NCBI GenBank assembly: GCA_951406725.2
Contig: OX597823.1
Span: 77,252,001-77,316,000 of the forward strand
DNA length: 64,000 nucleotides
Source: Octopus vulgaris
Taxonomy: Eukaryota
Direction of reading: 5' to 3'
Position 1 is the first letter of the stretch. Every line of letters starts with the position of its first letter. The translations under genes were made by a program, and so were the position numbers. The notes beneath the pieces are model-generated. The model ran no database searches. It worked only from the letters and a program-made list of their open reading frames with translations, and was not told the origin of the DNA. Positions 52,860 through 64,000 of this stretch are shown here, piece by piece.

Positions 52860-54390
52860 GCTCAAGTGGTTTAGGTCAAAGCATTAACAAATTGATTTGT
52901 AATTAGATGATTGCCTACAGAGTGGTGTGATTCCGGAATAGTTTGTAGAGGGGGAGACAACATTGTTGATGAAACATCAGTCAAAGAGCAATGAGATTGG
53001 CAATTACAGACTCATGACTTGCCTTGACCTCTTATGGAAAATGTTAACAAGCAATCTCACAGGAAAAAATATACGTTCTTGCAGAAAACAATCTACGTCC
53101 AAGAGAGCAAAAGGGATGCCAAAAAGGGTCCAAGGGCACTAAGGACCACCTTGTGATAGACAAGGTCTTAATGAAGAACCAAAACAACAGTACCAAAGTG
53201 GTACCAAAAAAATGGTATCAAAAAAACTTGTGCATGGCCTGGATAGATATTGCAAAAGGCTTATGACATGTTGCCACATTCAAGGATCATGGAAACACTC
53301 AACATGTGTGGAGTAGCTGAGAATGTATGTGCACTAATCAAGAACAGCATGTTTAGTTGGAGAACACATCTTTTCTGCAACGACCAGCACTTAGCCAAGG
53401 TAACAATGTAAAGAGGTATCTTCCAGAGAGATTCTTGTTCACATTTGCAATTTGTTATAGATTTGATCCCACTTTCTGTAGTTCTACACAAAATCAACGC
53501 ACACTACGAGCTGAGGAAGAATGGGCTTTGTTTTAACCACCTTCTCTTCATGAATGATTTAAGACTGTTCACAAAAACAGAGCCTGAAATGGAGAGGCTG
53601 GTTGCAGCAAAGTATGGGGATTGAATTCAGGATCTAAAAGTGTGTAGTGCTCACTCTGAGATGGGCAAAAGGAGCAAAATGCAAGGGCATAAAATGGGAC
53701 AACAACAAATGGGAAACCTGGATGATGGTGAGTACTAGTACCTTGGGATTCTGGAGCTTGCACAGAGAAATGAAAATCAAGGTCACTGCTGCATATTTGA
53801 AGTACCTTAATTTTCTCTTGAAATCGAAACTCTGTGCAAGGAACCCTGTGACTGCCATCAACATATGAGTAGCAGTTGCTGTAGTTCACTATAGTGCACC
53901 CATTCTAAAATGGACACGAGTGGAGGTTGACCAATTTGATTGCACTACTTGAAAGATGATGGCAATGCATGGTGCTCTTCACTCTAAGGTAAACATACAC
54001 AGGTTGTAAATGAAGAGTGGTAAAGATAGATGTGGCCTGATTAATGTACAGGAGGGCATCAACAGTAAAAGAAGAAACAGGACATAGTATTTGGTAAACA
54101 ACAAACAAGACCTGCTACAGTACACTGCTAATGCAGAGGGATTTATCGTCTATGGTGTTGAGAGGGCTAAGGAATTCTGATCACAAATAGCCAATGAAAG
54201 AGAGTAAACACTATTTCGCATGGAATTACATGGTCAGTTCCACCATGAGGCTAACAATTTAAATGACCAGGAAACATCATGGATGTGGTTCAGTAACGGT
54301 GACCATAAGAAGTGGACTGAAAACCTAATCCTTCTTACCCAGGACCAGGCATTAAATATCAATGCCGTGAAAAGGAATGTATGTTACAGA
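52860..54390 (+). mobile_element. Decayed R4/Dong-clade LINE RT
   Basis: NYRLMTCLDLLWKMLTS, EQKGCQKGSKGTKDHLVIDK, NLCMAWID..KAYDMLPHS, RGIFQRDSCS, NHLLFMNDLRLF, HGQF and ENLILLTQDQAL. Confidence 0.88.
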
Positions 54391-54397
54391 AATATAT

Positions 54398-55260
54398 ATT
54401 TCTTTACTGCCCACAAGGGGCTAAACATAGAGGGGACAAATGAGGACAGACAAAAGGACTAAGTCGATTACATCGATATCAGTGCAAAACTGGTACTTTA
54501 TTTATCGACCCTGAAAGGATGAAAGGCAAAGTCAACCTCGGCGGAATTTGAACTCAGAACGTAATGACAGACGAAATACCTATTTCTTTACTACCCACAA
54601 GGGGCTAAACACAGAGAGGACAAACAAGGACAGACAAATGGATTAAGTCGATTACATCGACCCCAGCACGTAACTGGTACTTAATTTATCGACCCCGAAA
54701 GGATGAAAGGCAAAGTCGACCTTGGCGGAATTTGAACTCAGAACGTAACGGCAGACGAAATATGGCTATGTATTTTGCCCGGCTTGCTGCCTTTATGTTA
54801 CACAAAAATAATGAATCACTGCAGAATGTGTAGGAAGACTGGCAGATTTGGGGGAGGGTCTAAGTCAATTACCTCAACCCCAGTGTTCAACTTGAAATTA
54901 TTTTATTGACCCCAAAACAATAAAAAGGCAAAGTCAACCATGGTGAATTTGAACCCAGAACATAAATATGGATGAAATGCTGCTAAGAATTTTTGTCCAG
55001 GGTGCTAACAATTTAGCCAGCTTACCTATTTCTTTACTACCCACAAGGGGCTAAACACAGAGAGGACAAATAAGGACAGACAAATGGATTAAGTTGATTA
55101 TATCGACCCCAGTGCGCAACTGGTACTTATTTAATTGACCCCAAAAGGATGAAAAGCAAAATTGACCTTGGCGGAATTTGAACTCAGAACGGAACAGCAG
55201 ACGAAATACCGCTAAGCATTTCACCCAGCGTGCTAACGATTCTGCCAGCTCGCCGCCCTT
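54398..55260 (-). mobile_element. Cluster of four SINE-B units, including a head-to-tail dimer at 54398-54790
   Basis: Repeated ATTTCTTTACTACCCACAAGGGGCTAAAC...GAACTCAGAAC. Confidence 0.85.
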
Positions 55261-55840
55261 TGTTTTTTTTTTTTTTGCAAGCTAATCCTGACGCAATACA
55301 GGCAGCTTACCACCTTCCCAGAGAGCTAATATCAAAATTTACAAACCACCAAAATGTATTCAATTAGTAGTCCTTTATACCCACTTTTTTTGAAATCAGG
55401 TATTGAAGTGCAATTTTATGATAATGTCAGTTTTTCAATAATGAAATTTTATTATACGAAGCAGAAATTATTGTTAAAGCTTTCTAGTGAGACTATTAGC
55501 AAGTATTATATATGTTAGGGATTTTATTTGTCTGATTTCCCACTGTGCTTCATTATGTATACTGAAAATTCCATTCCATATTCGTAAATGATTTCCTTTC
55601 TTACAAAGTATCTAATCAGTCATTTTTAATATTAATATTTTCTGTTCTATTAGAAAATTTTCTATATTCTTATATACTATTATTCATAAGAGCTGTCTTG
55701 TTTCTGGAAATTTCTTTTGCATATGTATGGGGTACTAATGAAGCAGTTCTTTAGTCTATATCACCCTTGGGTAGTTGTGTACTCTGATGAGGTTTCTCTA
55801 GCATATGGTATTATTCCTGCACACTATTCTAATGTTGTTA

Positions 55841-56275
55841 AGGCAGTGAGCTGGCAGAAACATTAGCACGCCAGGCGAATTGCTTAGCGGTATTTCATCT
55901 GCGGTTACGTTCTGAGTTCAAATTCCTCCAAGGTCGACTTTTCTTTTCATCCTTTCAGGGTCGATAAATCAAGTACCAGTTACGCACTGGAGTCGATGTA
56001 ATCGACTTAATCCCATTGTCTGTCCTTGTTTGTCCTTTCTATGTTTAGCCCCTTGTTGGGCAATAAAGAAATAAGAAACATTAGCGCACCAGGTTAAATG
56101 CTCAGCAATATTTTGTCTGTCTTTATGTTCTGAGTTCAAATTCTGCCAAGGTTGACTTTGCCTTTCATTCTTTCAGGGTTGATAAATTAAGTACCAGTTG
56201 CATACTGGGATCAATCTAATTGACTGCCCTCCTCCCCAAAAATTTCAGGCCTTGTGCGTAGAGTAGAAAAGATTA
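55841..56275 (+). mobile_element. SINE-B dimer with two different tails
   Basis: First unit ends AGCCCCTTGTTGGGCAATAAAGAAATAAG; second ends GGCCTTGTGCGTAGAGTAGAAAAGA. Confidence 0.85.
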
Positions 56276-56387
56276 TTCTAATGTTGTTGTTGTTGGTGAT
56301 GGTAGTGGTAGTAGTGTTTAGTCACAGGCATGCTTGATGCAACAAGTTTTTAATCAAATACACTCCACCCATACCAATCTCATTTCT

Positions 56388-56424
<37 letters not shown>

Positions 56425-56427
<3 letters not shown>

Positions 56428-56617
56428 CAACAACATCGAAAAATACCTTAGGAACAAGAACCCAGGTTCGAAATTTCCCCAAGACACCTGATGAAGGCTG
56501 GAGGGTATATCAGCCAAAACGTTGTGTTAACAACAAACAAGACGAGGACAAATATCTGTCAAATGTAAATAAAGTAAATAATGTACATAATTCCTCATCT
56601 CTTAAATATAGAACTGT
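56425..56617 (+). mobile_element. HH family 1 element (motif at 56483-56528)
   Basis: GACAC-CTGATGA-A-GGCTG-GAGGGTATAT-CAGCC-AAAAC-GTT-GTGTT; preceded by (AAT)n(AAC)n. Confidence 0.8.
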
Positions 56618-56779
56618 CATTTATTTTTATTTTGATGTATAGAGTATCTTCTAGATGTATAGAGTATCTTCTAGATGTATATTATGCACCAAGCACCTAC
56701 ATTAGAGGGTTTTTCAGTGCTACTGAGGAGCTCCAACAGACCGAAATTACATGATGTGGAAATTCCCACATCCTTCAAA

Positions 56780-57422
56780 ATCGCTGATATGGCTGATGAC
56801 AGTGCCACCTGATTGGCACTTGTGCCAGTAGAACATTAAAAGAACATCCAAACGTTGGGGTAACCGGCCCACTTATGAGTATCCCTCATTGACTGGACTA
56901 TGAACTTTGCTTGCAAAGACCTATTGAGGCAAGTGTAAACAAATAAAAATCACTGACGTGGCCAATGACAGTACCACCTGATTGGCACTCGTGCCAGTGA
57001 AACATTAAAAGCACATCCGAGTTTGATAGTTGCTAGGGTCACATATTAGCTCCCATGCAGGTGACACGTGAAAAGCACCATTCGAGCGTGATCGTTACCA
57101 GCGTCGCCTCACTGGCACGTGAAAAACAACATTTGAGCGTGGTTGTTGCCAGTGCCACCGGAATGGCTCCCATGCAGGTAGCACGTAAAAATACCTTTGA
57201 GCATGGTCATTGCCAGAACCACCTGACTGGCTCTCATGCTGGTGGCACATAAAAGCACCCACTACACTCTCAGAGTGGTTGGCGTTAGGAAGGGCATCCA
57301 GTTGTAGAAACTTTGCCAGATCAGATTGAGTCTGGTGCAGCCTCTGGCTCACCAGTCCTCAGTCAAACCGTCCAACCTATGCCAGCATGGAAAGCAGATG
57401 TTAAACAATGATGATAATGATA
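56780..57422 (+). mobile_element. RTE 3'UTR fragment
   Basis: Internal repeats plus RTE terminus and (GAT)n. Confidence 0.85.
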
Positions 57423-57585
57423 GACCAAATTTCATCTACTATGATCTACGTGCATGCTTTTGTGCACCAAGCACCCATATGAGAAGATCTTTTAAGGTTA
57501 ATAATGCAGTATTCGGTATTCTAACAAGACATCCATGTTATGGTAGATATAAAGATTACCTTTTGGTTTTAATACAGCTTCTAAA

Positions 57586-58193
57586 GCAGTGAGTTGGCAG
57601 AATCGTTAGCATGTCAGGTGAAATGCTTAGCCGCATTTCGTCTGCCGTTACGTTCTGCGTTCAAATTCCGCCGAGGTGGACTTTGCCCTTCATCCTCCCA
57701 GGGTTGATAATAATAATAATGAAATTATTGTATACAGTGCTCAGGTGCACCACAACTTGTCAGAAAGTGCATATAAAGCATATGCAGTAATGTACAAATG
57801 TCTGGAAAGTGAACAGTGTATGAGTCAGATACATGCTTGCATGTGTATGGAGGGGAGAAAATCAGGTGTCATGTTGGCGAATCTCAGAAAGCATGGAAGT
57901 TTTGAAGGATGCAGTGCTCTGACAACTAACAACTGATGTCGGCAGTTTGTTCCATGCTTTAGCAACTCTTAGCATGAAAAAATGCTTCCAAAAGTCATGG
58001 GCGCTGTGCTGTTTTCTGTCCACGGGTGTTAGACAGGTGGAGTTTGAAAAGGTGCTCAGAGCTATTGTTTGTAAGATGGTTAATAATTTTATGGGTGTCT
58101 GTCAAGTCAACTGTTGAGTACCAGTTGTGTACTGGGGTCGATCTAATTGACTGGTCCCTTCCCCAAAAATTTCAGTTTTGCACCTATTGTAGA
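57586..58193 (+). mobile_element. SINE-B split by a CR1 insertion
   Basis: 5' half ends ...CAGGGTTGATAA at 57710; resumes GAGTACCAGTTG at about 58116. Confidence 0.8.
57708..58113 (-). mobile_element. CR1 LINE 3' end
   Basis: Minus strand DLTDTHKII...LFKLHLSNTRG/..DFWKHFFMLRVAKAWNKLPTSVVSCQSTASFK, then a short UTR and (ATT)n tail. Confidence 0.85.
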
Positions 58194-58399
58194 ACGGGTG
58201 CTGATACAGCTTTTGTCACTAATCATATATTATCCCAAATGACATCGCATTATTTTAAGAGGTTAGACTGTTATCAGAGGATGTATTAGCTGCTGTTTTC
58301 AGCAAGTCTAGCAGTTGTGTAGAGGCTTGATCATTGGCAGTATATTTACTGCTCTACTTTTCAAGTATATACAGAAGGGAGAGGGTTGAGGATGCTAAA

Positions 58400-58842
58400 C
58401 TGTAGTAGTAGTAGTGGTGGTGGTGGTGGTGTAGGAGGAAGAGGAGGAGGGATATGGTGATGATGGTCGAGGAGGAGGAGGGGCATGTGGTGGTGGTAGT
58501 AGTGGTAGTGGGAGAAATGGTGGTGCCAATGGTAGTGTAGTTGGAGGAAGGGCATGTGGTGTGGTGGTGCTGGTAGTAGTAGTAGGAGTGGGGGAAATGG
58601 TGGTGCCAGTGGTGGTGGAGGAAGCGGAAGGAGATGTGGTGTGGTGGTGCTGGTAGTAGTAGTGGGGGAAATGGTGGTGCCAGTGGTGGTGGAGTTGGAG
58701 GAAGGAGATGTGGTGTGGTGGTGCTGGTATTATTATTATTATTATTATTAGTAGTAGTAGTAGTAGTAGTAGGGGAGACAGTGACGGCAGTGGTGGTGGT
58801 GGAGGTGGTGGTGGTGGCAGCAGCAGCAGTAACAGCAGTAGT
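58400..58842. repeat. G-rich GGT/AGT/GGA low-complexity tract with a ~75-bp higher-order unit
   Basis: ATGTGGTGTGGTGGTGCTGGTAGTAGT...GGGAAATGGTGGTGCCAGTGG recurs 3-4 times. Confidence 0.8.
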
Positions 58843-59458
58843 TGATTTATTATTGGATTGCAGCAGAATTGAGAAAATCTTATGGTTTGATGTTGCTAAC
58901 CCCAGGTCTGCCCTTTCTCAAACAGGCCTATGATCAAAGGTGACCCAACCACAATCAATATAAGTCTTTTTATTATCTTGTGCGTCTTTTTCTTTTAAAG
59001 ACAAGAGGTTGTGAATTGAGGGAAATTTGGTTGCTATATCTAACAACTTCAGTAACTGCATAAAAGTTTCCATATTGGTATGGCATACTTTGAAAAAGGG
59101 GTTACGAAGCATCATATATCAGTCCCCTTTATGAAATAATTGATAACTTATCGACCCTATGATGTAAACTTCTAAAATAAAGTTAAAAAGTATCTTTTAT
59201 CAATTGTCTGTTTCAGTCATTAGACTGTGGCCATGCTGGAGTAACATCTTGAACTATTATTTTTAGTCAAATGAATCGACCCCAGTACCTATATTCTTTT
59301 AAGGCCTGTTACTTATTCTATCAGTCTCTTTTTGCTAAGTTACATAAGTTACAGGGACATAGACAAACCAACACTGGTTGTCAAGCAGAGGTGGGGGATA
59401 AAAACAGACATACATACATACATACATACATGTGTGTGTGTATGTACATATATGTATG

Positions 59459-59497
<39 letters not shown>

Positions 59498-59583
59498 ATG
59501 TATATATCATCATCATCATCATCATCGTTTAACGTCCGTTCTCCATGCTAGCATGGGTTGGACGGTATGTATATATATATATG

Positions 59584-59805
59584 TAGGGTAGCCTAAAAGT
59601 AGGTTTACAGTTATTCAACTATCTCTTTCACCTTCATATATTAACGCTTTAGATCTTAATTATAAAAAAATATGAAACTATTATTCTATGCTAATTTAGT
59701 TAATTGTATGATAGAAATTTAAATGTAATAAAATGTTTCAAAAGGAATTTAAAGTACCTACATGATAATTGTAAACCTGCTTTTGGGCCACTCTGGGCCA
59801 CTCTG
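59584..59805. mobile_element. Uninterrupted copy of the 49862-50614 MITE
   Basis: Same TIRs and body, without the nested insert. Confidence 0.85.
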
Positions 59806-59811
59806 TATATA

Positions 59812-59858
<47 letters not shown>

Positions 59859-60294
59859 AGGGTTGGCCAAAAGTCACCCGACAGTAAATCAAAATTCCAG
59901 AAATGAATATGACACATTAACATAATTCTTGATCTGCTATCTAATGAGCTGAACTGTTTCCTGGATACTTTACTTGGCATCAAATCAGTTAAGAACAAAG
60001 AATGGTTCAAAGATAAGACTCCAAACTAAGACCAAAGCCAAAACCAACCAAAAAAACAGAATCGGTAGGTTTGGTGATCTGCCATTCTAAGCTAAACAGG
60101 AAAATGGTAAGTTTGGCAATTCCAGTAATAAGATTAAATTATTTTTGGTTAGAATAAAATATTCTTAGACTTTAAATTACAAGTGTAAATTCTTTCCAAT
60201 ATTTCACTTTCACTTATAACAGTCATTGGACTGTGGCCATGCTGGGGCTCTGCCTTGAATGGTATCAGCCAAACAAATTGTTCCTAGTACATTT

Positions 60295-60471
60295 ATTCTT
60301 TTATTTGTTTCAGTCATTTGACTATGGCCATGCTGGAGCACCACTTTTAGTTGAAGAAATTGACCCCAGGACTTATTCTTTGTAAGTTTAGTCTCTTTTG
60401 CCAAACTGCTAAATTATGGGGACGGAAACACCCAAGTGATGGTTGTCAAATGATAGATAGCTACAGATACA

Positions 60472-60529
<58 letters not shown>

Positions 60530-60730
60530 TACATACATACATACATACATACATACATACATACATACGATGGGCTTCTCTCAGTTTCCGTCTACCAAAT
60601 CCAATAACAAGGCTTTGGTTGGCCCAAGGCTATAGTAGAAGACACTTGCCCAAGGTGCTATGCAGTGAGACTGAACCTGGGACCATGTGGTTGGTAAGTA
60701 AGCTACTTACCACATAGCCACTACTGTACC
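60295..60730 (-). mobile_element. SINE-A copy
   Basis: Reverse complement match. Confidence 0.85.
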
Positions 60731-61059
60731 TATAAAAAGAAAATCTCAGTGGGATTTGAAATCAGAATGTAGAGCATCAAAATGTATATTGACGCTTTAA
60801 CCATTTAACCAACTCACCAGTATTTATGTTTTAAAAGCTTGGTATCAGTTTAGCTGAAAACAGAGAATGGTTAAAACATGGGACCCTAAACCAAAACCAA
60901 AACAACTGTAAAAGGAATCAGTATGTTTGGTGACCTGTCATTCTAAGCTAAACAGGGACCGGTAAGATAAACAGGGACTGGATGATCTGATAAGAATTAA
61001 AGGTTAAATCTTAATCTTTACATTTACAAATTTTATGTAAATTCTTGACAATCTTTCAC

Positions 61060-61512
61060 TTGTTCCTGTGTCAGTAATTGGATTGTGGCCATGCTGGGGC
61101 TCTGCCTTGAATGGTTTTAGCCAAACAAATTGACTCCGGTACTGATATCTTTCTTAAGCCTGGTATGTATTTTTATCAGTCACTAATGCTAAACTGCTAA
61201 GTTATAGGGATGTAAGCAAACCAATGCTTGTTGTCAAGCAGTGGTGGAGCAAAAAACACAATAACACATGCACACACATACGCGCGCACACACACATGCA
61301 TGCACACTCACACACATGCATGCACACACACACACATGCACATACACACACATGCACATACACACACATGCACACATATTGGGCTCCTTTCACTTTCCAT
61401 TTACCAAATTCACTCACAGTGGCATTGACCAGCCCAAGGCTATAGCTGAAAACACTTGGGTCTGAACCTGAAACCATGTGGTTGGAAAACAAACTTCTTA
61501 CCTCACAGCCAC
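61060..61512 (-). mobile_element. Old SINE-A-like copy
   Basis: Diverged match. Confidence 0.7.
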
Positions 61513-62416
61513 TTCTAGATAATGACCCCAATACTTTCAAGAATCTTGCTCTAATGATAAACTCAAAAATATTTGAAGTTAGAATCTACAAATAAAAACC
61601 TCTTCAGTATTTCAGTATAGCCTCCAACACCATAAGGACATCTTCAGCGTGTTAATTATATTTACAAAATCCATGGACAGAAGTAATGCCATGAACTTGA
61701 AAATATGGATTATTAAATATTATAATGATGGAAACCTGGACAAGATTTTATAAAATCAATGTTGTATGTTTAAATTCCATCGTATCTTTAAATGACAGAA
61801 TACTATGTGCATATGACAGTATACACTAAATTTACGAGATCCTACAGCTAGTCAAATTGATAACGTGTCAGATTGCCAGAATAAAATCCTACATTTCATA
61901 CTGTATTACTGACACTCCGCTGTCATCGTGGCTTGTACACTTATCTCTCAAACAGAGCAATTTAACCTTACTGTAAATAGATCTCTGTAGTAGTGAGCTG
62001 GTAGAATCATTAGCATGCTGGACAAAATTTCTTCTGATCTCTGCATTCTGATTTCAAGTCTTACCAGGAGCAAACTCGCCTTTCATTTTTTTTTCTTCGG
62101 TTTAACAAAACAAAGCATCAGTCAAGTACTGTGGCTGTGTGGTAGGAAGTTTGTTTCTCAATCACATGGTTTTAGGCTCAGTCCCACTGCTTGGCACTTT
62201 GGGTGAGTGTTTTCTGCTAAAACCCTTGGGCTGACCAAAGCCTTGTGAGCGGAAATTGAAAAGAAGCCTGCTGTGTATATATACATATTATATATATGTT
62301 CTGAGTTCAAAGTCTTACAAAGAATTTGAACTCAGAAGGCAAAGACAGATAAAATGCCACAAGTTGTAAGTATGCTTGCAGTTCTGCCAGCTTGCAATAA
62401 TATTAAATCTTTGAAG

Positions 62417-62632
62417 GCTTGAGCTGGCAGAATCGTTAGCACACTAGGTGAAATGCTTAATGGTATTTCGTCTGCCTTTATGTTCTGAGTTCAAATTCCA
62501 CTGAGGTTGACTTTGTTTTTCATCCTTTCAAGGTCGATAAACTAAGTACCAGTCACATACTGGGGTCGATCTAATTGACTGGCTTCCTTCCCCAAAATAT
62601 TGGGCCATGTGCCTAGAGTAGAAAAGAATATT
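62417..62632 (+). mobile_element. SINE-B copy
   Basis: Head, core and CCTAGAGTAGAAAAGAAT tail. Confidence 0.85.
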
Positions 62633-64000
62633 AAATCTTTGTGATTTTTGTGTTCATATTGCAACATACTAATTTATAAACAGATGTTAAGGGACTTTGC
62701 TTTCATTTTTATATTTAAATTGTATTTGTACATCACCATTGCACTTATTTAAATGAATCAAATCATGAGAGATATAGTTCTTTGCCAGGATGCAATGCAG
62801 TGTTGCGATGATTACAGGACATGAATTATTAATTTCTAATATTGGCAAGCAACCAGGAATTTAGTAGGGAAGAACATACTCTCAGTAAAAGTTAATTCCA
62901 GTTTATGATTCATACTTATTTTACCAAGGCAGAGTCACCCTCAATAGGGTTAGAAATAACAATGCACAAAGATGCAACTAAAGCCTTCAAGGCATTTCAT
63001 TTGCTGCTCCACTAGTTCTGCCAATCCATGAATTATTCACATTTTTAACTCTTTATTCAACTCTCTCAAGAAAAATTAAGCCAAGAAGGATGCGAACCAG
63101 CAAAGTTGTTTGAGCATTACAGAGTCTGTTCTGGTTTCCTGCATTCTGCTTTCAAACCCTATCAAGATCACTTTTGTCTTTCATCTTTTTATAGGGATCA
63201 ATGAAATATCTGTAAAAATATTACAAAGGGGACAACAAGAGATATTACTTCCAGGTGAAAATGTAAAAGGAATGCTAAATTTCATCTTGCTTATAATAAC
63301 ATATTAATTAATGTACAGAAAAGGGTATGTAAAATATATTTGTCCCTTTTTTATTCTGAGCATTGAGAACCCTTTCTATGCCACTGAGTACCTGTCCAGA
63401 ATATTGAATTGTGGAAATATTAATGCATCAGACATGAAGCCCTGTGATATCTGTTTTGACTGTGTGTTCTTAATTCAAATCCAACATCTTGTCATTGGGA
63501 AAATGGTAACATGATAGAACAATAGCCCTTATCACAAAAATGCCCAAGACACTCATAGGAAATACAGCCTTACTGAAGTCCAGCTAGACCTGCAAAGTGT
63601 AACCCACAACAATATCAGCTGTGATGTAACAAACCTATCATTTGAAAAAGATATAAACATACTGGATAATAAAGTTCTTTAAGAGAGTATAGTCAAACTT
63701 AGAATATCATTGAACATAGGTCTCTTCAGCTAGAATTGAATTTATGCAAAGCAACAATAAAAAACACACAGCAACAAAATACTAATGTCTAAGTCTGTTG
63801 TAGTTCTAATAGAATGTAGATCAGTATCAAATGTTATTGTATTGACTGAATGAAGAAAGCATTGTCAATCTGGAAACCATAGCTGTTAATTTCAACTATT
63901 CTTCATCTGTCAGGAAGCAAATATGACTCGCGGCTGTCTGGTACAACCATATCTCCAATGAATCCACAGCTATAGATTTCCTAGTTAGAGATAGTGCAAC

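Noticed and set aside
58361-58933. Gly-rich or His/Pro-rich protein ORFs (also 32339-32674 and 33749-34102)
   Set aside because: They are trinucleotide low-complexity repeats
61520-64000. Possible host exons in unique-looking sequence (also 18800-19200, 24000-24420, 26000-26300 and 40100-41660)
   Set aside because: No recognisable protein similarity or long frame with splice signals was seen; small exons cannot be excluded without RNA-seq

Overview
AT-rich, microsatellite-dense animal genomic DNA. I could not identify any host protein-coding exon. The repeat content resembles an octopus/coleoid cephalopod genome (inference from SINE/LINE types, not a database result). The window is a mosaic of transposable elements. 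There are about 20 copies of one tRNA-headed SINE with an internal (TA)n(TG)n tract (called SINE-A here) and about 15 copies of a second SINE (SINE-B), plus further modular SINEs. Retrotransposons comprise RTE LINEs (one young 5'-truncated copy), a decayed Penelope-like element, an R4/Dong LINE, a CR1 3' end and a Gypsy pol fragment. DNA elements comprise a Helitron helicase remnant, mariner and pogo remnants and several MITEs, many of them nested. Most ORF-track entries are microsatellite translations. Three things stand out. (1) At least three distinct short repeat families carry minimal type-I hammerhead-ribozyme-like motifs, lie beside microsatellites and include inverted or palindromic arrangements, as expected for Penelope pLTR or retrozyme-like elements. 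(2) A C4HC3 PHD-finger-like module is inserted inside the RTE reverse transcriptase. (3) Head/tail shuffling among SINEs is directly visible, including a SINE that borrows the RTE 3' end. Coordinates of decayed elements are approximate.
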